Program-made: the position numbers and the translations under genes
Source of the DNA: Opitutales bacterium
GTDB taxonomy: Bacteria; Verrucomicrobiota; Verrucomicrobiia; Opitutales; PNEW01
NCBI GenBank assembly: GCA_965197745.1
Contig: CBDANS010000005.1
Span: 1-64,000, forward strand
Direction of reading: 5' to 3'
DNA: 64,000 nt
Part shown: positions 1 through 11,175 of the stretch, in pieces
Layout: every line of letters begins with the position of its first letter
Position numbering within the stretch: the first letter of the stretch is position 1
Notes under the pieces: model-generated
What the model was told of the DNA's origin: nothing
Database searches by the model: none
The model's input: only the letters and a program-made list of their open reading frames with translations

Positions 1-1
1 T

Positions 2-190
2 CCACTACGCTACGGAGAGTTTACCTTCTTCCAAGCCGCTTTTGACAAGCAGACGGAGAAAAGTTCGATGTTTCAAGTAGTCAATAACCCCGGGTGGTTA
101 GTTCCTTACATCTCCTGTGGAATGATTGCCATCGGTTTGATCTATCAGTTCGGGTCTGGGCTTTTTACATTCAGGAGTAAGAGAAGATGA
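2..190 (+). CDS. Cytochrome c biogenesis ResB/CcsB-family protein, 3' end (partial)
   Basis: Own translation PLRYGEFTFFQAAF...VVNNPGWLVPYISCG...RR*; its TGA overlaps the ATG of the next gene (ATGA). Confidence 0.75.
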   Translation, partial: PLRYGEFTFFQAAFDKQTEKSSMFQVVNNPGWLVPYISCGMIAIGLIYQFGSGLFTFRSKRR

Positions 191-2046
191 TGAAAAAAGC
201 GGTAACTCTAAGTCTCATAACATTGGGCATTATTTACATCGGGTGCGGCTTGATGCCACCGCGATATGGTGGCGGCTATGCGGTCAAGCGATTTGCCCAA
301 CTCCCGATCCTCTATAAAGGACGGATTAAACCGATGGATACTACCGCTCGCAATGCGTTGCTCATCATTCATGGGAAACATAAAATAAAAAATGACAAGG
401 GCGAACGCATCAGTGCTATTGAATGGTTAATGGATCTCACGATGCGTTCGGATGTGGCTGATAATTACAAATTATTTTATATCTCCCATCCCGATGTTTT
501 AGGGCTTTTTAATATATCCCAGGAAGAAGCCGCCGATTTTAAATTTAATTTTTCTTTTAATGAACTTTCCCCCCATCTCGAAGAAATTGAAAGACAGTCA
601 CTACTCGCTAATCCTGAAGCTCAACTGCGCACCCCTTATGAACGCGCCATTCTCAAATTACGACAAGACGTTATACTCTATCACCAACTATCGCATAGTT
701 TAACAGCCCCCGAGTATGTATCCACTATCGAAGAGGAATATCAGGTTTACCTTGGATTAATGCCTGGAGGGATCAGGGCCTTTAATCAAAAACAAGCAGG
801 AGAAGATCATGATGAAGCAGCCCTCAACCATTTCCTGAGTTTTGCCCAACGTTATCGAAGTCTTTCGGAAACAGCAGCCTTCAGCACGATTCCACCAGGA
901 GAGGTAGTAATTGGTCCCGATGGCTGGAAAACCGTAGGACATAGTCTGGTCGAGACAATCATGTCTGGCCAAATCGATGACGTTGTTTTGGGCTATGCCC
1001 GATTGATCGACGCCTACCGTTCTGAAAACGAGGATTCGTTCAATACCGCGCTTACCGATCTGCAAACACTTATCGGCAAACGTAGCAATGCAGGGTGGGG
1101 AAGCTTAAGATTCGAATATATTTTTAATTATTTTTCACCATTTTATCTCAGTCTGACAATCTATGTATTTATTTTTATTATGGTGTGTATCTCCTGGCTT
1201 GTCTGGCCTGATACCCTCGGTCGTTCCGCATATTGGCTGCTGATCCTTGTCTTCGTTATGCATACCTTTGGACTGCTCGCGCGAATGTATATTCAAGGGA
1301 GACCACCAGTGACCAATCTTTACTCATCATCGGTGTTTGTCGGTTGGGGAGCTGTGTTATTAAGCATCATCCTTGAACATATTTACCGAAATGGAATTGG
1401 AAGCGCGGTTGCGGCATTACTTGGATTTTGCACCTTGCTTATTGCCCATCACCTCGGCGGAAGTGGCGATACACTCGAAATGATGCAGGCGGTTCTGGAT
1501 TCAAACTTCTGGCTGGCTACTCATGTTGTAGCAGTGACCATAGGTTATTCCGCTACATTTTTAGCAGGGTTTCTTGCTCTTATATTTGTCTGTCGTGGAC
1601 TGTTAACGAAGGGGCTTAATAAAACTACAGCAGATGCGATTAACAGAATGGTCTATGGGACCGTTTGCTTTGCCTTGCTCTTCAGTTTTGTCGGCACTGT
1701 TTTAGGAGGAATATGGGCGGACCAGTCATGGGGTCGTTTCTGGGGGTGGGATCCTAAAGAAAATGGTGCATTCCTGATTGTAATCTGGAACGCATTAGCG
1801 CTGCATGCTTACTGGGGAAAGATGGTGAAACATCGCGGTCTTATGGTCTTAGCGATTGCCGGTAATATTATCACCAGTTGGTCGTGGTTCGGAACCAACA
1901 TGCTTGGAGTAGGTTTACATTCATACGGTTTTATGGACAGCGCCTTTTATTGGTTGTTAGCTTTTTGGATAAGCCAGTTTATCGGTATCGCAGCGGGGTC
2001 GCTGCCTCTTGAATATTGGCGTAGCCGTGCGGGTATCAGTGGATAG
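187..2046 (+). CDS. ccsA: Cytochrome c biogenesis protein CcsA/ResC (system II)
   Basis: WADQSWGRFWGWDPKEN (WWD) motif, GLHSYG, many TM helices. Confidence 0.9.
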   Translation: MMKKAVTLSLITLGIIYIGCGLMPPRYGGGYAVKRFAQLPILYKGRIKPMDTTARNALLIIHGKHKIKNDKGERISAIEWLMDLTMRSDVADNYKLFYISHPDVLGLFNISQEEAADFKFNFSFNELSPHLEEIERQSLLANPEAQLRTPYERAILKLRQDVILYHQLSHSLTAPEYVSTIEEEYQVYLGLMPGGIRAFNQKQAGEDHDEAALNHFLSFAQRYRSLSETAAFSTIPPGEVVIGPDGWKTVGHSLVETIMSGQIDDVVLGYARLIDAYRSENEDSFNTALTDLQTLIGKRSNAGWGSLRFEYIFNYFSPFYLSLTIYVFIFIMVCISWLVWPDTLGRSAYWLLILVFVMHTFGLLARMYIQGRPPVTNLYSSSVFVGWGAVLLSIILEHIYRNGIGSAVAALLGFCTLLIAHHLGGSGDTLEMMQAVLDSNFWLATHVVAVTIGYSATFLAGFLALIFVCRGLLTKGLNKTTADAINRMVYGTVCFALLFSFVGTVLGGIWADQSWGRFWGWDPKENGAFLIVIWNALALHAYWGKMVKHRGLMVLAIAGNIITSWSWFGTNMLGVGLHSYGFMDSAFYWLLAFWISQFIGIAAGSLPLEYWRSRAGISG

Positions 2047-2191
2047 AATGGTCATGGGATTTGCATGGCTGTGATAAGATGGGGTAAGTGAAATTGCGGA
2101 ATTACATATAAGAGGTAATGGGGAAATTACCGGGATTATCCTGCAAAAAAATCTGAACTTTTGTCATTTTGTGGTGTTTAATATAAATACC

Positions 2192-2512
2192 ATGAAAACG
2201 TTAATTTACAGTGCGCTAATCGGGGCGGCTATAGCATTATTAAGCGGGTGTGAAACTTACGGACCCAATGCCAAAAGAGGGACTGCTTACGGAGGCACGG
2301 CGGGCGTCGTAGTCGGTGCAGTTATCGGACATCAAAGCGATGAAGCGGGAAATGGAGCACTCATCGGTGCCGCTGCAGGTGGAGCGATCGGAGCCCTCCT
2401 GGGCAGCGCTAAAGATCAGGAAGAAAATGAAAGGCAGGAGGAGATCAGTCAACGCCAAGCCTATGAAATCGATTCCTTATCACCAACTAAAGGTAGTGTG
2501 GTAATAGAGTAG
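2192..2512 (+). CDS. Glycine-zipper lipoprotein
   Basis: Lipobox LLSGC, GxxxGxxxG repeats. Confidence 0.8.
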   Translation: MKTLIYSALIGAAIALLSGCETYGPNAKRGTAYGGTAGVVVGAVIGHQSDEAGNGALIGAAAGGAIGALLGSAKDQEENERQEEISQRQAYEIDSLSPTKGSVVIE

Positions 2513-2522
2513 GTTTGTGAAA

Positions 2523-2627
2523 GGATGCAGGATGCAGGATGCGGGATACAGGATGCAGGATGCAGGATGCAGGATGCACGATACAGGATGCAGAATGTGG
2601 GATGCAGGATCCAGGATGCTGGATGAT
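2523..2627 (+). repeat. Heptamer tandem repeat (GGATGCA) x15, imperfect
   Basis: 15 in-phase 7-bp units between convergent genes. Confidence 0.95.
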
Positions 2628-2685
2628 GGGCATCGGCTTTACCGTTTAATCGCTTTCACGTATTCTTGCTCAATCGACAGTGGCA

Positions 2686-4347
2686 TTAGCGCAGCAGTAA
2701 TTCCTTTGCATGATCGAGTGCAGATTGCGAGTGGCGATCGCCAAGCATGCGCGCCAGTTCGATCTGTCGTTCCGACTCGTTTTCATGAATCGGCTTTATG
2801 GTGATGGAGGTAGAATTGTTTCCCTGGTCCTTAGTGACAATATAATGTCCACTGGCTTTTCCTGCCACCTGTGGAAGATGGGTAACACTGAAAACCTGGT
2901 GTTGATTACCAAGCGCAGCAAGTTCCGCTCCGACGACATTTGCGATTTCACCCCCGACATTAGCATCAGCTTCGTCAAAAACTAAAACAGGGGTATCGTC
3001 CACTTGAGCGAGGACAGCTTTAAGCGCAAGCATGACACGCGCGATCTCGCCGCTGGAGGCGATTTTATTCAACGGCAGCAAATCCTGACCCGGATTGGAA
3101 GAAAAAAGAAACTGGCATGAGTTATTTCCATATTCTTTTAAATCTGTTTCACGAACAACTTCGATTTTAATTGCGGCTTTTTTAAAGCCGAGTACTGCAA
3201 TAAGTTTATTTGCTTTTTTACTGAGTTCCCTGGACGCTTTCTGGCGTATTAATCGCAATGATTCTGCTTGTTTGATAAGTTTATTATGTATTTTGTTCGC
3301 CTCTTCTTCAATGCGTTCTATAGCTCCCTTCGATGTCACCTGCATTGAGATTTTGTGGGCCAGATTTTCGCGTTTTTGCAAAATTGTTTTTATGTTTTTG
3401 CTGTATTTACGACTGAGCTCGAGCCAAAGATTCATTTTTTCCTGGATATCATGTTCGGCTTCTTCATTAAAATCACAGTTGCGCGCTACCTGTTCATAAC
3501 TGTCACTCAAATCTTCCAATTCAATTATTGAAGACTCAAGACGGTCGACCAAGGTATGGGATTCCCCATCGATTTCAGCAAGCTCCTGCGCTGCCTGCAA
3601 AAGCATTCCAAGCTGTCCGATTATTCCATTATCACCTCTAAGCGTGGATTCAATTTGCGCACTGAGTTCGGTTAGCTCGCGCGCTTTAGACAAACGATTA
3701 AAATCGCGTTCCAATGCTTCAATAGAATCTTCACTCAAGTCTGCCTGGTCAATGAAGTGGATTTGATTTTGCATAAAATCAATTTCATCGGAACTGAGCC
3801 GTTCCTGATTTCGCAGTTCTTCCGCTTCCCGCGTTAACCGCTTCCACTCCCCGTAGTTTTTCCGATAGGTGTTCAATTCATCGCTCACGAGGGCATAGCG
3901 ATCGAGTAGTTCTCGTTGCCATTTTTCTTTTAATAATTTCTGAGGTTCGCCCGGACCATGGAAATCGATCCAGCATTCACCTAATTCCTGTAAATTTCCC
4001 AGGGTTGTGAGAACGCCATTGATCTGGATCTTAGGCATTTTTGAACGAACGATAGATCTACGCAGAATGAGGCTACCCTCATCACAGGGAGGCAGTCCAA
4101 GCGCTTCGAGTCGAGCGTCGAGCCGTGCAGACTCTTCAAAGTAAAGCCCCCCTTCCACCTCACAATTATCAGCTCCCTTACGAATAATCGATTTATCGAC
4201 CCGGGCTCCCGAGAGAAGTGCGAGGGCTCCAAGTAAAATACTTTTCCCCGCTCCTGTTTCCCCGGTTACGGCTATAAATTCGCGATCAAAATCAAGCTCC
4301 ACCTCATCCATGAGGGCCAGATTCTTAATCTTCAAATACTGCAACAT
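2686..4347 (-). CDS. recN: DNA repair protein RecN
   Basis: GETGAGKS Walker A, ASSGEIAR signature, VFDEAD Walker B, VTHLPQVA. Confidence 0.95.
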   Translation of the reverse strand: MLQYLKIKNLALMDEVELDFDREFIAVTGETGAGKSILLGALALLSGARVDKSIIRKGADNCEVEGGLYFEESARLDARLEALGLPPCDEGSLILRRSIVRSKMPKIQINGVLTTLGNLQELGECWIDFHGPGEPQKLLKEKWQRELLDRYALVSDELNTYRKNYGEWKRLTREAEELRNQERLSSDEIDFMQNQIHFIDQADLSEDSIEALERDFNRLSKARELTELSAQIESTLRGDNGIIGQLGMLLQAAQELAEIDGESHTLVDRLESSIIELEDLSDSYEQVARNCDFNEEAEHDIQEKMNLWLELSRKYSKNIKTILQKRENLAHKISMQVTSKGAIERIEEEANKIHNKLIKQAESLRLIRQKASRELSKKANKLIAVLGFKKAAIKIEVVRETDLKEYGNNSCQFLFSSNPGQDLLPLNKIASSGEIARVMLALKAVLAQVDDTPVLVFDEADANVGGEIANVVGAELAALGNQHQVFSVTHLPQVAGKASGHYIVTKDQGNNSTSITIKPIHENESERQIELARMLGDRHSQSALDHAKELLLR

Positions 4348-4649
4348 ATGTGTGGCTCGTTATTAAAGAGCTGAAGACACTTTTGGCAACAATTTGGTTC
4401 ATTACTCCAGCTTACCTTAGGTGCAGGTAGATTTTATAAAAAAGACCCTACTTTAGCGTTGGTACTTCCTTTTTCTCTCGTACGCTCGATATAGGCACAC
4501 AGAAATAAAACTATATTTACGTATCCTGACCCTGTTATTTTGTAATATTTCAGATCTATTACTGATTTTAATTGGAAAATTACACTCTGTAGCCCTATAG
4601 TAACATAGAATTTTAAATAGATACACTCACAATAAGAAAGGAATCTGAT

Positions 4650-6158
4650 ATGATCGCGACACAAGAACCCGCATTTCCCGAAATCGAATTTTCTCCTAAA
4701 GCAAAGGCTTTCCTGTCTTCACCCAAACAGATGTTGATTGATGGTCAATGGGTCGATGCTGCTTCCGGTAAAACGTTTGCGGTGTATAATCCGGCCACCG
4801 GGCAAGAGGTTACTCAAGTTGCCGAAGGTGAAAAGGAGGATATCGATCGCGCTGTGAATGCAGCGAGGAACTCTTTTGAGAAAGGTGTCTGGCGAAACTT
4901 AACGCCCTCAGAAAGAGGGAGAATCGTTTGGAAGATAGGGGATCTTATCGCAGAAAATGCTGATATGTTTGCAGAAATGGAATCGATCGATAATGGTAAA
5001 CCCAAAGCCGTAGCAAGTGTCGCTGATTTACCACTCGCCATCGATCTTTTTCATTATATGGCTGGATGGGCGACAAAAATTGAAGGCAATACCATTCCTA
5101 TTTCCGTAGCGGGAGCGCATTTTCATGCTTTTACGGTAAGAGAACCTGTCGGTGTTGTAGGGCAGATCATCCCCTGGAATTTCCCCCTGCTTATGGCTGC
5201 ATGGAAGCTGGGTCCCGCCCTGGTGACCGGCAATAGCATCGTTCTCAAACCCGCCGAGCAGACTCCATTGAGCGCTTTGCGTCTGGGTGAACTCTTAAGC
5301 GAGGCCGGTGTGCCCGATGGGGTGGTTAATATTGTCTCGGGATTTGGGGAAGCGGGCGCGGCCCTGGCCGCTCACGATGGGGTAGACAAAGTCGCTTTTA
5401 CCGGCTCCACAGAAGTAGGTAAACTGATCGTCCAAGCAGCGGCAGGGAATTTAAAGAAGGTCACGTTAGAATTAGGGGGAAAGTCACCCAATGTTCTCTA
5501 CAAAGATGTTCCCGATTTGGATGCCGCTATCGAAGGTGCGGCAAACGCCATCTTTTTCAACCATGGCCAATGCTGTTGTGCCGGTTCACGTTTATATGTC
5601 GAATCGGATGTATTCGATGAAGTACTCAATGGTGTCTCAAAACACGCCAATGATATTAAAGTAGGACCCGGTTTAGCGGAGGATACTGAAATGGGGCCGC
5701 TGGTCTCAGAAGAGCAATTAGACCGTGTTTGTGGCTACATGGCTTCCGGTGTTGGAGAAGGCGCTCAGCAAATTGTCGGTGGCAATCGTGTCGGTGAGTC
5801 CGGATATTTTGTACAACCCACGGTCTTTACCAAGACGAACCATGATATGAAAATCGTCAAAGAAGAAATATTCGGCCCGGTCGTGGTTGTTGAACCATTC
5901 AAAGAAGGTGAACCGCTAATGCAGCACGCAAATGATAGCGCATACGGATTGGCGGCCGCGGTGTGGACGAGTGATGTTTCTAAAGCACATCGGACAGCCG
6001 CTGAACTTCGCGCGGGCACGGTGTGGGTCAATTGCTACAATGTATTCGATGCAGCGTTACCCTTCGGCGGATACAAACAATCCGGGTGGGGCCGTGAAAT
6101 GGGTCACGAGGTTCTCAACAATTATACCCAAACCAAGGCTGTCGTCGTATCGCTATAA
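4650..6158 (+). CDS. NAD-dependent aldehyde dehydrogenase
   Basis: IPWNFP, FTGSTEVG, LELGGKSP, GQCCCAG, EEIFGPV. Confidence 0.95.
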   Translation: MIATQEPAFPEIEFSPKAKAFLSSPKQMLIDGQWVDAASGKTFAVYNPATGQEVTQVAEGEKEDIDRAVNAARNSFEKGVWRNLTPSERGRIVWKIGDLIAENADMFAEMESIDNGKPKAVASVADLPLAIDLFHYMAGWATKIEGNTIPISVAGAHFHAFTVREPVGVVGQIIPWNFPLLMAAWKLGPALVTGNSIVLKPAEQTPLSALRLGELLSEAGVPDGVVNIVSGFGEAGAALAAHDGVDKVAFTGSTEVGKLIVQAAAGNLKKVTLELGGKSPNVLYKDVPDLDAAIEGAANAIFFNHGQCCCAGSRLYVESDVFDEVLNGVSKHANDIKVGPGLAEDTEMGPLVSEEQLDRVCGYMASGVGEGAQQIVGGNRVGESGYFVQPTVFTKTNHDMKIVKEEIFGPVVVVEPFKEGEPLMQHANDSAYGLAAAVWTSDVSKAHRTAAELRAGTVWVNCYNVFDAALPFGGYKQSGWGREMGHEVLNNYTQTKAVVVSL

Positions 6159-6430
6159 GCAATAGTCAATAGAATCATTGATATTTTTCCTTTCGGCGCA
6201 ATCGTCCGCACGGGATTGCCTTGATTGAGCGTGAAGAGAAGAGGGATTTCAGCCTGGAAGATTATATATAGAGCGGTGCTTTGGTTCGCGCAATATATCG
6301 CTTTGGGCTGAAACATAATTTACCGGTGTTCACCGAAGGGCGAAGATTAGAATGCTTATATTATTAAATTCACCCATATTTAACTTGCCTCAAGGGTAAA
6401 GCTATTTTGGATTTTATTGTTTGACCTCAC

Positions 6431-6507
6431 GGGGGATTAGCTCAGTTGGTTAGAGCGCTTGCATGACACGCAAGAGGTCGCTGGTTCGAATCCAGTATCT
6501 CCCACCA
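6431..6507 (+). tRNA. tRNA-Val (anticodon GAC)
   Basis: Cloverleaf; acceptor GGGGGAT/ATCTCCC, anticodon stem CTTGC-ATGACAC-GCAAG, GTTCGAAT T-loop, encoded CCA. Confidence 0.97.
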
Positions 6508-6521
6508 TTATTTATCGACAT

Positions 6522-6553
6522 TTTGCCAAGATTTGCTAATTATGATTAGCAAA
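6522..6553. promoter_or_regulatory. Putative integrase arm-type sites (left end)
   Basis: TTTGCCAA 6522, TTTGCTAA 6532, inverted TTAGCAAA 6546; same octamer at 47996 and 48007. Confidence 0.55.
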
Positions 6554-6564
6554 TTTTAATATAA

Positions 6565-7794
6565 ATGGCAAAACAGAGATTTAAGATTACCAGGTTTATT
6601 AACCCTAGTGGCTCAGAAGCCTGGCGCTTATCCGGCACCTTAAATGGTAAGCAAATTCGGAAAAATTTCAAGTCCCGAAACGATGCTGTCGCCGAGCGTC
6701 AAAAGTTATCTATCCGTTATTTAAACGAACAATCCGAAGGGCAGACCGTTTGGACAACCCTGACCCACGGGCAGAACAAAGAGGCCATTTTAGCTATTAA
6801 TCGCCTCAACCAAGCCAAGTCCAATAAACCTCTCACCTTCGCTGTTAACTACTTTTTAGCACATTATAAAAAAGCTGCTGAGACAATGACTGTCGAAGAG
6901 GCTGTTCGAGAGTATTGCGATCATAAATACAAAGAATTAGAGCGCGGAATCATATCCTATCGCCAGAAGCACGCTATTGCCTTGGAGATGAAAAAGTTAA
7001 AGTACTATTTCGCAGGACGGATCGTTAATGAAATTCAAGCTGAAGAGCTTAATACTTACCTTGACACACGACACGGTCGCTCAAAAGCAACGCTCTCCCT
7101 TAAAAGTTGGAATAACTACCGTGGATACTTAAGTACATTTTTTAAGTACTGCATGTCGAAAAAATATGTGGGAGAAAACCCGATCCTGGAAGTTCCTCAG
7201 TATAAAATAAAGCAACGCAGGGGTACAGCGGAGATTCTCTCTGCTAATGAAGCAGCCGATCTGATGGAATGGCTGGAAACTTATAGTGGGAAGCAGAACA
7301 GGGACGGATCCTGGTGGGGCGTGCCCGGGTGCATGGTACCCTACTACTCATTATCCCTGTTTGCAGGAATCAGACCCGACTGGAAGCACGGTGAAATGAG
7401 TAAACTCAAACTCAAGCACATCCATACGGACACCGGGGTTATTCTTATCGAACCGGATGTCTCTAAAGTTAATGATAAACGTGCCATTAAAATCCAACCC
7501 AACTTAAGCCTCTGGCTGAAGAAGTATCCTCCTGCCCGCTACCCCATCATTCCAACAAGGAGGTTCAGAGACATGTGGGTCCATGTCCGTAAAGAGCGCA
7601 AGCTATCTCATAATGTCCTTCGTCATACCTATATTTCGATGACGGTGGGGTCCTTCCGTTCGGTGGGAGACGCCGCCCTTCAAGCGGGTAACTCTGAATC
7701 AGTGATCCGCAAATACTATCTCGACCTAGTGACTAAGGAGGAAGCGGATCACTTCTGGCAGATAGTCCCACTGAGCGATCAATTAGTTCGATAA
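6565..7794 (+). CDS. Tyrosine recombinase/integrase
   Basis: GIRP (catalytic R), HNVLRHT, GNS..IRKYY; directly downstream of tRNA. Confidence 0.92.
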   Translation: MAKQRFKITRFINPSGSEAWRLSGTLNGKQIRKNFKSRNDAVAERQKLSIRYLNEQSEGQTVWTTLTHGQNKEAILAINRLNQAKSNKPLTFAVNYFLAHYKKAAETMTVEEAVREYCDHKYKELERGIISYRQKHAIALEMKKLKYYFAGRIVNEIQAEELNTYLDTRHGRSKATLSLKSWNNYRGYLSTFFKYCMSKKYVGENPILEVPQYKIKQRRGTAEILSANEAADLMEWLETYSGKQNRDGSWWGVPGCMVPYYSLSLFAGIRPDWKHGEMSKLKLKHIHTDTGVILIEPDVSKVNDKRAIKIQPNLSLWLKKYPPARYPIIPTRRFRDMWVHVRKERKLSHNVLRHTYISMTVGSFRSVGDAALQAGNSESVIRKYYLDLVTKEEADHFWQIVPLSDQLVR

Positions 7795-7989
7795 GATTAA
7801 TAAAATAGAGGAATTGTGACTTGTTCGCTTAATCGCTTAAAACTGAACATAATAACGCTTGTACAGTCCACAAAGTTTGATCCTCTGTCTCTGATTCAGT
7901 AACAGAAGCATCATGGATTTAACTTTTCCCCAAGCAGCCCCTCTTTTGTCAAACGCACACAGACGCTGATCGCGTTGGTATACAAAGAA

Positions 7990-8345
7990 TGCACTTTGTC
8001 AATCCGGCGACAAACACATCCCTATTTGTGTAGCATCGTGACCCTTTTTGACTATTTACTTGTATTCTACTTCCTTGGCAAGGGCTTGAACTCATCTCCG
8101 CCAGGCCGATAAGCACACTAGCGCCGGATTCGTCAACTTTCAGCTCGCCATAGCGTGCATTCGAGTAGAGATCTGCATCGCCTTCCTGAAACATAAATGA
8201 TTCCGCACCGAGACGTAGGTCCCCTCGATAACGATATAAGAGAAGATGCTCGTCCGCATGCAAGCTAGCGCCCTGCTGGATTCTTACAAAGTTAGCGACT
8301 TTGTTTTCATCAAGTGAGACGACAATATACCCCTTGATCGTCCCC
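7990..8345 (-). pseudogene. C-terminal fragment of a GDYXXLXY-type membrane-anchored protein
   Basis: GAESFMFQEGDADLYSNARYGELKVDESGASVLIGL resembles the family C-terminus; no N-terminal part; boundaries approximate. Confidence 0.55.
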
Positions 8346-8416
8346 CGCTATTCGTACCAGTTTAAGAGAGAGTTGCCGGGTGTTAATGGTTTTAGGATTG
8401 CTGTATAGGATAGATC

Positions 8417-9133
8417 TTGGCCGCGTTCGGGCTACGTGCCGTTTTTCTTCTTTTCAGTGCGGTCTATGCTTTAATATTTATCATTGTCGTCGCCTTTGTT
8501 GCAAAAAGAGAATTACCAGCCTTCAAGTCTTCATCCCCGCGGGGTAACCCTTTATATTTAACGATAGCAACGCAGTACCGCATCCTCATAACTGCCGGAC
8601 TAGGGCAGATCTTTGGACAATTGATCCGTTCCGGGGTGGTGGTAATTATTCCTCTATACGCCGCTGAAGTTCTCGGCCTTAATGTAGAAGCCATTGGCTT
8701 AATCGTCAGTATCGCCGCAGCCGTTGACATGTCTTTATTTTATCCGGCCGGATTACTTATGGACCGGCGTGGGCGAAAACATGCGATAATTCCCTGTTTT
8801 TTTATCCAGACTATCGGTCTGGTTCTATTACCGTTCACTGATAGCTTTACTACGCTTTTATCGGTCGCTATCCTGATCAGTTTTGGAAACGGTCTTGGCT
8901 CAGGATCGATGCTGACTTTGGGGTCCGATCTTGCTCCTGAAGATTCTCGCGCTGAATTTCTCAGTCTCTGGCGGTTTATCGGTGATCTCGGAGGTACCAG
9001 CGCGCCCCTCATCGTGGGAGCAGTAGCGGCATTAGCTACGATGCAGGTAGCGACATGGGTGGTATCTTCCACCGGCCTTCTCGCGGTATTAATATTTGCC
9101 CTTCATGTTCCCGAGACCCTTAAAAGAAATTAA
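8417..9133 (+). pseudogene. MFS transporter, 5'-truncated
   Basis: GLLMDRRGRK motif A; only about 7 TM helices and 238 aa. Confidence 0.75.
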
Positions 9134-9203
9134 GGCATCAGGGCCTCTGCTTTTTATTTATAAAAATATATTTTAAAACCCTTGGAGTCTCGGAATCGTT
9201 GTC

Positions 9204-9587
9204 TCAATCTTCGATGATTTTTTCGTATTCAGAAGCGAAGAGAAGGGACTCGCATTCGACTTCATCCTGAATTTTTATTTTTATCAGCCACCCCATTTCA
9301 TAGGGTTCATCATTTACCAGTTCGGGAGCGCCTTCCAGTTCACTGTTAATTTCCTGGATTTCACCGCTGACCGGCATATAAAGATCGGAAGCCGCTTTAA
9401 CGGATTCAATTACTCCAAAAGTGTCTCCCCGTTTAAGTGAGTTTCCGGTTGATGGTAATTCGATAAAAGTTATATCGCCGAGACTTTCCTGAGCATAATC
9501 GGTAATTCCGATAATACCTGTTCCATTAACTATTCTTATCCATTCGTGCTCTTTGGTATATCTAAGTTCAGTAGGTATCTTGTTCAT
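9204..9587 (-). CDS. gcvH: Glycine cleavage system H protein
   Basis: YTKEHEW, GITDYAQESLGDI, lipoyl ESVKAASD. Confidence 0.97.
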   Translation of the reverse strand: MNKIPTELRYTKEHEWIRIVNGTGIIGITDYAQESLGDITFIELPSTGNSLKRGDTFGVIESVKAASDLYMPVSGEIQEINSELEGAPELVNDEPYEMGWLIKIKIQDEVECESLLFASEYEKIIED

Positions 9588-9612
9588 GTATTTGACAGTC
9601 TGGATTGATCAA

Positions 9613-10710
9613 TCAACTTTTCTCTTTATGCAAGGGTGGTTTAGCGCGTTCAAGTCTTATCTTGTTTCCGCGCAAATCGACATAGAGGTTATCGGTATCT
9701 ATTTCACTGACGTTGATGAGAGCTGATCCTATAGGGCGATTTATCATCGGTGACATCGTCCCGGATACGACTTCACCAATCTGCTTCCCCTCGAAGTAGA
9801 CCGGCGTGCCGTGACGTGCGATGCGCCGATCATTCAACTTGAAAAATATTATTTGTCTTCGAGAACCGTTACTTTTTTCTTTTTCGAGTGCGCTGCAGCC
9901 GATAAAATTATCAGTTTTAGAAAATTTAACGGTCCAACCCAGTCCAGCCTCCAAGGGAGAGATGTTCTCACTGATTTCGTGACCGTAGAGAGGCAATCCG
10001 GCTTCGAGGCGAAGGCTGTCGCGAGCCCCCAGACCGCAAAGCTTGAGCCCATAAACTTTACCTCTTTTATGCAGGGCGCGCGCTACGGTACCGGCATCCT
10101 TCATGGAGCAATAAATTTCGAATCCGTCTTCACCCGTGTATCCGGTTCGGCTTATCATTACTTCAACACCATCAACTTTGTCTTTAATAAAACAAAATCG
10201 TTTTAAATCATTAAGGTCACTTGTCGTGAGCGTATTTAATAATAATTCGGCCTCGGGACCTTGTAAGGCGAGGAGAGCGTATTGGAGTGAGACATCATTT
10301 ACTTCGCAACGATACTTCTCAGCATGTTGAAGCATCCACTTTACATCCTTTTCTGTATTGTCGGCATTGATACATAGAAAAAAAGCGTCCTTTTTGAAAC
10401 GGTAGATGATAACATCATCGACGACGTTACCGTTTTCATAACACAACATGCTGTAAAGCGCTTTACCGTCGATGAGCCGCGCGACATCATTGGTCGCAAG
10501 GTAATTTAAATATTTCTCCGCGTCTGCACCTGCTACCTTCACTTCACCCATATGGCTTACATCGAAAAGACCGACCGATTCGCGTACCGCGCGGTGTTCT
10601 TCGAGAATACTTGTGTACTGCACCGGCATTTCCCAACCCGCAAAGGGTACAAAACGCGCGCCATTTTCACCGTGAAATGAGTGGAGTGGAGATTTTTTCA
10701 GTTCAGTCAT
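9613..10710 (-). CDS. gcvT: Glycine cleavage system aminomethyltransferase T
   Basis: [41 protein letters not shown]. Confidence 0.97.
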   Translation of the reverse strand: MTELKKSPLHSFHGENGARFVPFAGWEMPVQYTSILEEHRAVRESVGLFDVSHMGEVKVAGADAEKYLNYLATNDVARLIDGKALYSMLCYENGNVVDDVIIYRFKKDAFFLCINADNTEKDVKWMLQHAEKYRCEVNDVSLQYALLALQGPEAELLLNTLTTSDLNDLKRFCFIKDKVDGVEVMISRTGYTGEDGFEIYCSMKDAGTVARALHKRGKVYGLKLCGLGARDSLRLEAGLPLYGHEISENISPLEAGLGWTVKFSKTDNFIGCSALEKEKSNGSRRQIIFFKLNDRRIARHGTPVYFEGKQIGEVVSGTMSPMINRPIGSALINVSEIDTDNLYVDLRGNKIRLERAKPPLHKEKS

Positions 10711-11175
10711 CTCATCGCCTGTAAGTTTGGCCCTTTTAAAGGTGTCGGATATTCTGAGGTCAAGGATTAAGACCTTATAGCTGCATGATAATTGAATTTA
10801 ACTATTGATCTGAAAGTAATTCTTGAAATGTTCGGCTAATCATACATATTAAAAGCTTAGAAGATAGCCGATTTAATGAAAGATAACTGTTACCGACATC
10901 GTTTTAATGGCGGGTTCGGGTTACGGAAAAGCAACTCTGAGAGTCGTAATGGCTCCTTAATTTCTCAACTAAGAGGGATTGCTATCGTTTAGTCCTGATA
11001 ATACCCCTGGGGTGATTATACGTAGCGTTTGGCTTCTGCGTATAGTATCACTACCGCGGTTAATGAACACCATGCACCATTTTTACCTTAACATCGCATT
11101 ACTGGAGATCCTGATTCGCCGACGACGATGTAGGCGCATCCAGGGCTATGTCTCCCCCCGCATCGCGCCCATAGG

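Noticed and set aside
2517..2804. 95-aa ORF with MQDAGCR repeats
   Set aside because: It is the translation of the heptamer array and overlaps the recN 3' end
10711..10860. Glycine riboswitch upstream of gcvT
   Set aside because: No GGAGA...CCGAAG...CTC(T/A)GG aptamer pattern seen on the minus strand
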